Virus record (IMG/VR): IMGVR_UViG_3300017919_000016 | Coordinates: 27,965-91,964 of that record | Direction: 5' to 3' (one strand) | Source: a virus | Lineage: Duplodnaviria > Caudoviricetes | DNA: 64,000 bases | Shown here: positions 9,645-18,579 of the stretch, piece after piece | Numbering within the stretch: position 1 is the stretch's first letter | How the letters are laid out: each line of letters opens with the position of its first letter | Position numbers and translations under genes: made by a program | The notes under the pieces: model-generated | What the model was told of the DNA's origin: nothing | The model's database searches: none | What the model saw: the letters and a program-made list of their open reading frames with translations, nothing else

Positions 9645-10456
9645 TTTTTAATCAGCTCCAGCCGTCTTTCCAGCTGGGCAGTAGGGATCTGGTTTACTGA
9701 ATGGGCAGGATCCTTCAAATCGTCTTCACCTTGTGTTTCAGGATCTTGACTCTTCTCCGGCTCCTTAGCTTTGCCCTCATCATCATGTGCTTTTAGATAT
9801 TTCATCCTCGCCTGAATACCAGGGAGTTTGTTCCTTAGAGCATTCGTCACTGTCATCTGGTCAAAGATAAAACCACCGGAACCTTCATCTACCACCTCTG
9901 ATTCATAAAGAATCTTGTCGGCAAATTTTAGCTCGATGGCTTTGTGGGCACTCATCCAGGTTTCAGCGTCCATCATGTGTGAGATTTTCGCTCTGGAAAG
10001 TCCCGTCTTTGTCTGATAAGCATTGATAATGCTCTCCTTCACTTCACTGAGGAGATTAATCCCCACCTGCAGATCCGCCACCTCACCAGCAATAAGCATG
10101 GCTGGGTTATGGATCATGAGCACTGACAGGGGAGAAACACACACCTCATCTCCCGCCATAGCAATGACAGAAGCAGCACTGGCTGCCAGCCCATCAATAT
10201 GGACACTGACCTTGCCGGGATATTCCTTAAGCATGTTGTAAATCTGCGCTGCTGCGAAGGTGTCACCACCTGGTGAGTGTATCTTTACAACAATGTCATC
10301 CGTCTCCGGCCCACTGGCATAAAGCTCTGTCTTAAATTGTTTAGGGGTGATGTCATCATCAAACCAAGAGGACTCAGCAATGTACCCTTCAAGATGCAGA
10401 GTTCTTACCATAGGCTCCTCGGCTTCATTCACCACCCAACGCCAAAATTTATCCAT
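9635..10456 (-). CDS. ClpP-like head maturation protease, copy B
   Basis: IHSPGG, GLAASAAS, MIHNP, AETWM. Confidence 0.95.
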   Translation of the reverse strand: MDKFWRWVVNEAEEPMVRTLHLEGYIAESSWFDDDITPKQFKTELYASGPETDDIVVKIHSPGGDTFAAAQIYNMLKEYPGKVSVHIDGLAASAASVIAMAGDEVCVSPLSVLMIHNPAMLIAGEVADLQVGINLLSEVKESIINAYQTKTGLSRAKISHMMDAETWMSAHKAIELKFADKILYESEVVDEGSGGFIFDQMTVTNALRNKLPGIQARMKYLKAHDDEGKAKEPEKSQDPETQGEDDLKDPAHSVNQIPTAQLERRLELIKNWR

Positions 10457-10565
10457 CTAATCGACCTCCTTTTTCCCATAAAAAATGCACTCCTCATTAA
10501 GAGAAATGCTGTTGATACTTAAATTTAACTTTGTAGTTGTCCACAGAAATGGCCTTATTTATACA

Positions 10566-11807
10566 CTACTCATCAGGACCATCACCGCCAGACTCATCCA
10601 GGGCTTTCTTTGCATAAGCCCCGGCCATCTCTAGAGGCAGCATGTTGCCATTCACCAGATACCAATCACCACCGTCTTCTTCCGAGATTGGATCCATGTT
10701 CTCCATCCTTCTTACATCATTGACGGAGAAGAATCCGTTCTGAATACCGATGGCGTAACCATCCATCCTGGATTTATAATCCCCTCGCATCAGTGCCGAT
10801 GCATTGAAGGACACGAAGCACTGACCTTTCTCTTTTTCTAGAAAGAGCTTCTTGTTCATGGCCTGCTCTATTCGAACCAGCCAAGGCCGGATGGTATGGA
10901 CCACAAAGCTGATGGACTGGTTCTCAATGTTACTGAATGAACTCTTGCTGAGATCCGCCACCATATGGGGAGGCACCTGAAAGATTCTACAGATTTCCTC
11001 TATCTGAAACTTCCTGGTCTCAAGAAACTGCGCATCGGAGTTTGGCATGCTGATGGCTTGATACTGAAGACCATCTTCAAGAACTGCCACCTTATTGCTA
11101 TTTCCACTTCCTCCATAGGCCGCCTGCCAAGCATCTCTCACCTTTGTAGGATCCTTGATGGTTCCTGAAGTTGAAAGAATACCACTTGGTGTAGCGTTAT
11201 TGGCAAAGAATCTACCGCCATATTCTTCAGCGGCTATGTTCAGTCCGATGGCATTTTTCGCAAGGGCCACTGGTGAATAACCCATGACACCGTCAAAGCC
11301 AAGACCCGGTACATGAAGCACATCTTCCGGTCCTAAATAATGGGTGGTGGTGTCCTTCCTGTAAGCATAGTAAAGATTGCCATTCTTATCTCTGTCCACC
11401 GTCATCTTGTCGGGAAGCAGAGGATACAGATGCACCACCTCTCCTTTACCATTTCGAATGATCTGACAGTAGGCATTCCCCCAAAGAAGAAGGTGAGTCA
11501 TCATGGTCTCCCTCAGAGTAAAAGACGTCATCTCCGGATTCGGTTCATCATGCAAAATCCTATACAGTGGATGGGTGTACATCTTTTCTTTACCGTCCCC
11601 TTTGTACTGATACGTATGAAGAGGTAAAGATGCCACCGTCTCTGCAATAATTCTCACGCAGGCGAAGACTGCTGTTGTCTGCATGGAGCTTCGCTCATTG
11701 ACTATTTTCCCAGAGACACTTTGCCCCATATAAAAGTTCGGAGCGCTGCTAACACTGTCTGTGGGTTCTGCCCTGGCTTTAAAGAGCCATTTAAAAAAGT
11801 TCGCCAT
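10566..11807 (-). CDS. Portal protein, HK97 family, copy B
   Basis: AVFACV, LLLWGNAY, FQVPPH, FSNIE. Confidence 0.96.
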   Translation of the reverse strand: MANFFKWLFKARAEPTDSVSSAPNFYMGQSVSGKIVNERSSMQTTAVFACVRIIAETVASLPLHTYQYKGDGKEKMYTHPLYRILHDEPNPEMTSFTLRETMMTHLLLWGNAYCQIIRNGKGEVVHLYPLLPDKMTVDRDKNGNLYYAYRKDTTTHYLGPEDVLHVPGLGFDGVMGYSPVALAKNAIGLNIAAEEYGGRFFANNATPSGILSTSGTIKDPTKVRDAWQAAYGGSGNSNKVAVLEDGLQYQAISMPNSDAQFLETRKFQIEEICRIFQVPPHMVADLSKSSFSNIENQSISFVVHTIRPWLVRIEQAMNKKLFLEKEKGQCFVSFNASALMRGDYKSRMDGYAIGIQNGFFSVNDVRRMENMDPISEEDGGDWYLVNGNMLPLEMAGAYAKKALDESGGDGPDE

Positions 11808-11826
11808 AATTGTTGTTCACCCCCTT

Positions 11827-13383
11827 CTATCCTAAAATGATCATGTCCCGTTCATCATAGATAGAGCCTTCATCATCCGGTGGATTTACCGTAGCTCTGG
11901 CAAGACCCATGATTAAAGCCACGATACCATCGATCTTTTCTGATGATTTTTCCTTGTCCACCTTAATGTTTCCTGCAGGGTCCGTTCTGACCACAATGTT
12001 ATCTGCCATCCACCGAAGAACGGGATGTCCTCCATGGGCTATCTGCTTGCTTAAAGTAAGCCGCATCAAGTCCTTTGTAGGTGGAGACATATCCTTAAAG
12101 CCCTGACCAAATGGCACCACGGTAAATCCCATTCCTTCTAGGTTCTGACTCATCTGTGTGGCACCCCATCTGTCATAGACAATTTCTCTGATGTTGTACA
12201 TCTCACCAAGTCGCTCGATGAACTTTTCTATAAATCCATAGTGGACCACGTTTCCTTCTGTGAGATTAAGTAGTCCCTGCCTATGCCAGATGTCATAGGG
12301 AACGCTGTCTCTTTTCACCCGCTGATGAAGGGTTTCTTCTGGTAACCAAAAGTATGGGAGCACCTGAAACTTATCTCCCTCTTCTAAGGGTGGAAACACG
12401 AGTACAAAAGCTGTAATGTCACTGGTAGATGACAGGTCCAGACCTCCGTAGCAGACTCGTCCTTTCAGCTCTTCCGGGTCTACAGGATAATTACAAAGGT
12501 CCCACTTATCCATGGGCATCCATTTGATTTCCTGCTTTAACCACATGTTCAGCCTTAGTTGTTTAAACAAGGCGAGATCTGCCGGATCGTCTTTAACTTG
12601 ATTGTAATGCTCCCTGACTCTCTCTATAGAAATGGTATGGCCAAGACTTGGGTTGGCTTTATACCAGTTGTTTTCATCTTCAATATCCGCATCGTCCTCT
12701 AAGCCATAGATAATAGCGAGGAATGTCGGATCTATTCTCTTTCCTTCCAGTATGTCTTTTGCCTTTTGATGCATCTCCCAGCCATAGCCAGAGAGTTGAT
12801 TTCCTGCGGTGGTGAGGTATAAAAAGAGCGGTTGGGTTCTGGCATCTCCTGAACCGGTAGTCAGCATCTTGGCAAGATCCGGATTCGGATAGGTCCAAAT
12901 CTCATCAAGGATAACGCAGGAAGCATTGATCCCGGATTTTGATTTAACATCGGAACTAAGTACCTGATAGAAGCTTCCTGTCTTTGGATAGACGATTCGC
13001 TTGGTGGACCTTACCAGATTGGTCACTTTTGATAGGGTTGAATTCCCTTCAACAAAATTCATACTGGTGTTAAAAATGATGCTGGCCTGTTGTCTGTCAC
13101 AGGCGGCTACATAAACCTCTGCATTAGGTTCTCCATCAGCAAGAAGCATGTAAAGGGCTATGGCTGCGCCAAGCTCCGACTTACCATTTTTCTTACCAAT
13201 CTCCACATAGGCGGTTCGGTACTGACGGGTACCATCTTCCCTCAAGGTTCCAAAAAGTCGCCTTACCAAATCCTTCTCCCAGGGAAGTAACTTAAAAGGC
13301 TGACCGGCCCATCTGCCTTTGGTCAGCTTCAGTTGTTCGATAAAATTTATGGCGTGGTTCGCATGAGCTTCACTAAATGGCAT
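11827..13383 (-). CDS. terL: Terminase large subunit, copy B
   Basis: GKKNGKS Walker A, ILDE, GLDLS, KIDGIVA. Confidence 0.96.
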   Translation of the reverse strand: MPFSEAHANHAINFIEQLKLTKGRWAGQPFKLLPWEKDLVRRLFGTLREDGTRQYRTAYVEIGKKNGKSELGAAIALYMLLADGEPNAEVYVAACDRQQASIIFNTSMNFVEGNSTLSKVTNLVRSTKRIVYPKTGSFYQVLSSDVKSKSGINASCVILDEIWTYPNPDLAKMLTTGSGDARTQPLFLYLTTAGNQLSGYGWEMHQKAKDILEGKRIDPTFLAIIYGLEDDADIEDENNWYKANPSLGHTISIERVREHYNQVKDDPADLALFKQLRLNMWLKQEIKWMPMDKWDLCNYPVDPEELKGRVCYGGLDLSSTSDITAFVLVFPPLEEGDKFQVLPYFWLPEETLHQRVKRDSVPYDIWHRQGLLNLTEGNVVHYGFIEKFIERLGEMYNIREIVYDRWGATQMSQNLEGMGFTVVPFGQGFKDMSPPTKDLMRLTLSKQIAHGGHPVLRWMADNIVVRTDPAGNIKVDKEKSSEKIDGIVALIMGLARATVNPPDDEGSIYDERDMIILG

Positions 13384-13403
13384 AGGCGTCTCCTCCTTTC
13401 AAA

Positions 13404-13916
13404 TTAGTCGTCCTTACTCTTTTTCAGAATATCCTCCGCCTTTGGTACATTTGAAAGTAGCTCCTCCATGGCATCTCCCTCGATGGTGTTACCACTGTTA
13501 TTGATGTTGAGTCTACTTCTGGCTGATGGGCTTAGCCCAAGCTCTGAACAGAAGTTTCTCATCTGCTTAAGGTTCTGCTGGGCAATGGATACTTGAGGAA
13601 TCTGCTGAATGTATCCTGAAGCTGTCTTCAAAATGGATCCATGCTTTGAGATGAATTCCTCTGCTTCCTTCCATCTAGCATAGGCTTGACAGTACCCGGC
13701 AAAGGCAGCCATATCCACTTGAGTCAGTAGCCCCATGGCTTCCAGCTCTTTTGATAGCCTTCTCCATTCTTTCTTAGCATCCGGTTCCAGCCATGACGGG
13801 CACTTCGGTGCTATCTGTTTCGGTTTCGGTTCGTTCTTATTCAGTGGCCTTTTTCCTGGATTGCCTTCCAGCTCTTTGACCGCTGTAGGTTTTGGTGGTC
13901 TTCCTCTACCTGCCAT
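13404..13916 (-). CDS. terS: Terminase small subunit, P27 family, copy B
   Basis: GRPPKPT..GNPGKR..ELGLSPSARSRL. Confidence 0.94.
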   Translation of the reverse strand: MAGRGRPPKPTAVKELEGNPGKRPLNKNEPKPKQIAPKCPSWLEPDAKKEWRRLSKELEAMGLLTQVDMAAFAGYCQAYARWKEAEEFISKHGSILKTASGYIQQIPQVSIAQQNLKQMRNFCSELGLSPSARSRLNINNSGNTIEGDAMEELLSNVPKAEDILKKSKDD

Positions 13917-13977
13917 AACTTTCACCTCCTTCATTTACTGCAAAGAAAAAGAGCCATTTTTCAGGCTCCAAATGTTA

Positions 13978-14193
13978 TTAATTCACTTTGTTTATGTCGA
14001 CTTTAATTTCTTCAACTGCCCATCCTGTGAAGTCTTTGAACCATTCCTTTGAAAACTTCTCTGCCATCTCTTCGGTGTCCCAGTAGCACGCTTCGTCAAA
14101 ATCAAAGGTCCATTTTGGGTGGCCATCCCACATGCTGAGGTATAGCTTCTTACCCGCTTTCGTTTGCATCGTTACCGTGTAGAAAATCTCCAT
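13978..14193 (-). CDS. Hypothetical phage protein, homolog of 42318-42533
   Basis: GGAGG RBS; conserved between copies. Confidence 0.75.
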   Translation of the reverse strand: MEIFYTVTMQTKAGKKLYLSMWDGHPKWTFDFDEACYWDTEEMAEKFSKEWFKDFTGWAVEEIKVDINKVN

Positions 14194-14256
14194 TCCTTTC
14201 GCCTCCTTCGTTTTGGTATATACATATATCACTCTGAAGGCAAAATTAGTCAAGGA

Positions 14257-14466
14257 TTACTTCCCACGGATTCCTTTATAATTAAAGTTCCCTTTTCGAA
14301 TCTCTTCATGATCTGCTTCTACAGCTCTTTTGTATTCAGGGTCTTTTGTTTCCTTCTCTTTGCAACTCATGCAGATGCACTGCTCATTGAACATGGACAT
14401 AATACGTCCACCTTCTAAGATGCCACCGCAGCGGTCACAATATTTCTGACTAAAAAATCGTTCCAT
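14257..14466 (-). CDS. Small Zn-finger phage protein (CxxC..CxxC), copy B
   Basis: Near-identical to 42583-42789. Confidence 0.8.
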   Translation of the reverse strand: MERFFSQKYCDRCGGILEGGRIMSMFNEQCICMSCKEKETKDPEYKRAVEADHEEIRKGNFNYKGIRGK

Positions 14467-14479
14467 CTATCTGCACCTC

Positions 14480-14668
14480 CTACTCTATGTCTACATATTC
14501 CATCAACATGGCCAGGGCCTCATCATAACTATTGGCTTCCTTGGTGACTCGCCTAATCATTTCATCTGCCTTTTCAGGCTCCCCAGATTTCTTTAGGGTT
14601 CTTGATACAATCCCCATGAGATTAAAGATGTTACCGTTCTCTCCAATGAGTCTGCATTTAGGTTTCAT
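14480..14668 (-). CDS. Small conserved phage protein, copy B
   Basis: LIGENGNIFNLMG motif; homolog of 42803-42991. Confidence 0.8.
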   Translation of the reverse strand: MKPKCRLIGENGNIFNLMGIVSRTLKKSGEPEKADEMIRRVTKEANSYDEALAMLMEYVDIE

Positions 14669-15488
14669 CGACTTCATCAACCTTTCTGAATGCACCGTTT
14701 CCTTCTAGGTGCTTAAGAAGTGTCTTTCTGGTTTCCTTATATTCCGGACCATTCATCCCGATACGGATTAGCCAGGTTCTAAGGGCATACTTGGGATTAT
14801 CATCCTGTGCCTGTTTAAAGGATGCGCGGTTTAAGGTTCTGGCATAGTTCGCTATGAGAACACATAAATCCTGAAATGCTTTGATTTTTTCTGGAGTAAG
14901 TTCTGCTTCTAAAAGCCAGAAGCTAAAGGTCCTCTCTTCAAAATCAATCTGAAATCCTGGACATCTCTCGGCCCCTAGTGTTTCAATGGCAGCTCCCAAT
15001 CCCTCTAAACCCTCTATGTTCTCATTGTTTAAATCTTCAGCAAAGCCTTCATCCATAAAAGGTTGTTCTGTTTTAAATGCCATCATGATCAGTCGCTGCT
15101 TGCTGTAAAGCATGTTGATGATGTTCTTAAGGCTTGTAGCTGTGTGGTCTTTCATATCCATCTTAAGTTCAAGTCCATCTAGATCCTGAAGCGATGGACT
15201 CAAGGTTTCTCTACTATTTGTTTCTTGCTCTGCTTGCAGCTGTTCACGTTCATCTGAAGTTGATTCTTCCCTTACTTCAGTCGGCTCTTCTATCACAGGT
15301 TGACTTAGAATTTCTTCCATAGTGATGAGCTCACCATCTCCCTTTGTAATAGCACCATGTCTGTCGATGGTATACACTTCATTCGCTGTCCTAATTTCGT
15401 AATTAAAGGTTGGAACACTTAAGTACTTAGGTTTCACGCCCAAATGCTCTCCTAGCTTTTTAATCATTAATTTTCGGTCCATTTTCAT
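14658..15488 (-). CDS. Conserved phage protein ('virulence-related' type), copy B
   Basis: NPKYALRTWLIRIGM..L.G..AFR C-terminus; homolog of 42981-43802. Confidence 0.85.
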   Translation of the reverse strand: MKMDRKLMIKKLGEHLGVKPKYLSVPTFNYEIRTANEVYTIDRHGAITKGDGELITMEEILSQPVIEEPTEVREESTSDEREQLQAEQETNSRETLSPSLQDLDGLELKMDMKDHTATSLKNIINMLYSKQRLIMMAFKTEQPFMDEGFAEDLNNENIEGLEGLGAAIETLGAERCPGFQIDFEERTFSFWLLEAELTPEKIKAFQDLCVLIANYARTLNRASFKQAQDDNPKYALRTWLIRIGMNGPEYKETRKTLLKHLEGNGAFRKVDEVDET

Positions 15489-15654
15489 ACCTCCCTGCGT
15501 TTTTGGTACTTACATATATCACTCTAAACGCCATGATACGAGAAGGATTACCTAGGGCCAATTAGTACATTTAATTTTGCATTTTCTGCTCCGACTATGC
15601 TATATAGACCCTCTTGTTTGGCCCAGAACTTACTCTTTATGTAAAAAAGACAAT

Positions 15655-15685
15655 AAAAAAAGCCCACCACGACGCGATGAGCTGA
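15655..15685 (-). terminator. Terminator-like hairpin; similar one at ~16185-16210
   Basis: AGCTCATC..GTGGTGGGCTTTT at both sites. Confidence 0.6.
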
Positions 15686-15856
15686 AAAATCCATTTGTAT
15701 AGACGCTCTCAGAGCGATTTTAAATTCCTTCAATACATAATTCGATCACGTGAAGTAGACTGAATCGAATATACAACGTCTCATTATGTCATTGAAATCA
15801 TCAAGATCCCAAGCTACAGTTACTCTTTTCATTAAGACGAGTTTCTTCCTATTGTT

Positions 15857-15916
15857 ATGTGCTTGTTCCGTATGTACATATTCAGTATGTACTTGCTCGG
15901 TATGTGCTTGTTCATA
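15857..15916. repeat. Four degenerate 15-bp tandem repeats
   Basis: TATGTGCTTGTTCCG TATGTACATATTCAG TATGTACTTGCTCGG TATGTGCTTGTTCAT. Confidence 0.8.
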
Positions 15917-16215
15917 TAGCCTAGATGGAAGAGAATCCTATCGAAACTCAAAATTTGAAGGATCCTTGGAAAAACGTCGCTTCAGTTTGGCCTGTGACGG
16001 CTTTTTATCGATTTTAGGACCCGTAGTTCGATGTGGGGGATGAATCGCACAAATCGCCCGGAAAAGCGATTTAGCCAATTTGAGTTCAAAAAATGAAAAC
16101 AACCCACCAATATCCCGTCTCAGTCTGGTGTTTTCCCGATGCTAGAGACCTTATTGGTGGGTTATTTGAAAGGCTGAAAGTAGAAAAGCCCACCACATTG
16201 TGATGAGCTCTCGAT

Positions 16216-17625
16216 TTATCTGTTAGAGTAATACTTTTGATTAGGACTTGTCGGTTTATCGGGCATTGTGAGATTTAGAAGATTCCCTTTAACTAATGGC
16301 TTCAATATACTGTTCGCAAAATATCTCCTATCTTGCAATCCCAAGAATTCCTGAATTTCTTTTCTACTTCTAGGTTCTTTACAAAATTCCAGTATTGACT
16401 CCGTTCGCTTATCCTCAGCATCCATTTCAGCTTGGGGGGTAGCTTGGGGGGTCAATGGAATAATTGTCTTAAACACATCTCCCTCGATGAATTCAGGATC
16501 GGCACCCGAATAGATTTTATTGTACTTATATATGTTCCTAACTCCCGACCCAAGTTCATCAACCCATCCGATTTCTTTAAAGAACTTTGCAATCTTTGGG
16601 TTCTTGGGATAAGGTGAAAAGTCCTCAGGGTCAATCATTCCATGACCATGGGGCTTGTTGCCATTTTCGATAAAGACTCTGTCCTTCTCCACGACTAGCT
16701 TTGCAGGAAATGGATTTGAGAATTATCTATGGATCAATAGGTTTGAGACCGCTTCTCTGAAAATCTTATCCCTTAAACTTACACGCTGATCACCTTCGAG
16801 ATAGAATTTGTCATTGAGATGCTTGGCAATAAACTGCATTAATCTTTCGTAGCTTCTTAGAAGATTCACCCTAATATCATCCCGGTCATCATACCTGTCG
16901 AGGTTTTCTCTTCTTAAAATTGCATCTGTCCTATAGTGTGGAAGCGCTGTTTGAATCATCAGCTCACTTCCAAAAATTAAAATGCCCGCTAATGTAATCC
17001 CTTGCTTACCTGTGCTCTGATCCTTTAGATACATGCCTGCACTTTTCAGCAGCTCGATGTTATCCATCGAAACCCACGGGTGGCCGGGCTTCAAATTTCC
17101 AACCGTTTTTCTAACCCTTGTAAACAACTCATCTTCCAGCTCATCCAAGTCAGCATAGGGAAAAATTCTATTTTCTGTATATGTGGCTTGCTTTCTCATG
17201 TACAATCCAGATACTAGATTTGTATTATTTGTAATGTCAAAATCTCCATCTTCGTTTCGATCAAAGATTTTTCCCTTACAACGATGCACCTGAGAACTCT
17301 CCGGTACGTTAATGTACAGGATCGTCTTCCCATCTATTTCAACATCTTCTACTGCCAAGTAAAAAGCAGGATTGAGAGTTTGTGGATTATTAAGCGATGT
17401 AACGAAATCTTTCTTCAGCTGCTCCACAGAATCTTTATCGACGCCTACAATATCACCGTTATCCTTCACCCCAAGAAACAAATGCCCCCCGTGGCGATTC
17501 AAAAATGCGCATACAGAATCATACACATCCTTATTTAACTTCTTTTTACTCTCTTTGAATTCTACAGTAATGCTTTCACCACTACTGATTATTTTCTTTA
17601 AACTTTCTATTTTCACTTGCAACAC
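16216..17625 (-). pseudogene. AlbA_2 (Schlafen-like) / HATPase_c_4 / wHTH protein split by one in-frame TAA at 16723-16725
   Basis: GESITVEFKE..VCAFLN..GG..GV.D.G; frame continues LIHR*FSNPFPAKLVVEKD..PKNP..ELGSG..PDKPTSPNQKY. Confidence 0.88.
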
Positions 17626-17683
17626 CTCGTTTACGCCAATGCAAGGCGCTATAATTTAGTATATCCATTCAATCAGATAGTAA

Positions 17684-18013
17684 TCATGAGTTCGCGAATT
17701 TTGATATCAACCCAAAGATATACGCTGTGTTCCTAGACTGTTCTCTTACTTCCTGCCTTAGATGGGTTTCTCCATTTTTCCATCGTTCATAATATCCAGC
17801 TACATTCATAAAATCATCTTTTGTAATTTTTCTAGCTCCATTTAGTTGAACAGAAGGATTCTTATCGGGTGTGCTATCTACGTACAAATATATTTCTTTT
17901 GTATAAGCTCTAAACCACAATGGAGTTCTATTGTTTTGAGGAACTGTTGATACATCAAAAGCCTCTTCAGTTGCCGTGCTAAGAATCTGATGCCATAGCT
18001 TTTCAAAATCCAT
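17684..18013 (-). CDS. Hypothetical protein
   Basis: 109-aa ORF coupled to upstream gene. Confidence 0.75.
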   Translation of the reverse strand: MDFEKLWHQILSTATEEAFDVSTVPQNNRTPLWFRAYTKEIYLYVDSTPDKNPSVQLNGARKITKDDFMNVAGYYERWKNGETHLRQEVREQSRNTAYIFGLISKFANS

Positions 18014-18432
18014 TACTCAACACCCTCCTTCAACTGAATAATATTTCCGGGTAAAGCTTCAAACATGTCAGGGTAATGTCCACATCTTGCGCGGATCTGA
18101 TTGTACTTCGCCTGAGTCCCATCTTTCTTCAAGTACAACTTCCTTCTGTATATTTCATCTGAAAGCTCTGCAGCATGCATTTTTCTGCTTTCCACTTCCT
18201 TAAGTACAATTTTCATAGCTTCTTGTAAAGTTCTTTTAGGAATCGAAGGACCAAGAATTTTTTCAATTGGACCAGCACTCGGGTCATACTTAAGCAGAAT
18301 GTATACCGGCTCGTTGTCTTTTAGTATGACAACCTTTCCATTTTTCTCAACAATTTTCACGACATCATCCAGGTCCGTCTTCAGTTTTTCATAAGAAATC
18401 AAACTTTCCAAACTAACTTCCATAGCTCTCAC
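18013..18432 (-). CDS. Putative DNA-binding protein (Phd/YefM-like N-terminus plus winged-helix C-terminus)
   Basis: V.K.GKVVILKDNEP.YIL resembles Phd; TLQEAM..VL..MHAAEL HTH-like. Confidence 0.6.
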   Translation of the reverse strand: MRAMEVSLESLISYEKLKTDLDDVVKIVEKNGKVVILKDNEPVYILLKYDPSAGPIEKILGPSIPKRTLQEAMKIVLKEVESRKMHAAELSDEIYRRKLYLKKDGTQAKYNQIRARCGHYPDMFEALPGNIIQLKEGVE

Positions 18433-18579
18433 CTCACCTGTAGTATACCACAGACACTAATACAATTTCAATATTTTTGTACGTATTTGTAACTTTTTTG
18501 TTCTGCTCTTTTATTTCATAAAAATAAACCCACCAAGTGGCTTGATCACTACAATCAGGCTACTCAGTGGGTTTCATTC

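Larger units (their letters stand above)
1..15540 (-). mobile_element. Prophage module B: second diverged copy of packaging/head/tail genes, runs off window start
   Basis: Gene-by-gene colinear with 31329-43840; near-identical proteins with many synonymous differences. Confidence 0.92.

Noticed and set aside
1-15540. Assembly artefact duplicating the structural module
   Set aside because: Dense synonymous differences, indels and different accessory content (AbiE only in B; 42008-42187 only in A).
16020-16042. Possible att core (CACATCGAAC on minus strand)
   Set aside because: No matching partner found at the other end of the prophage within the window.
15548-16043. ORFs 15548-15733 and 15786-16043
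   Set aside because: They overlap a terminator and repeats, with no clear RBS or recognisable motif.
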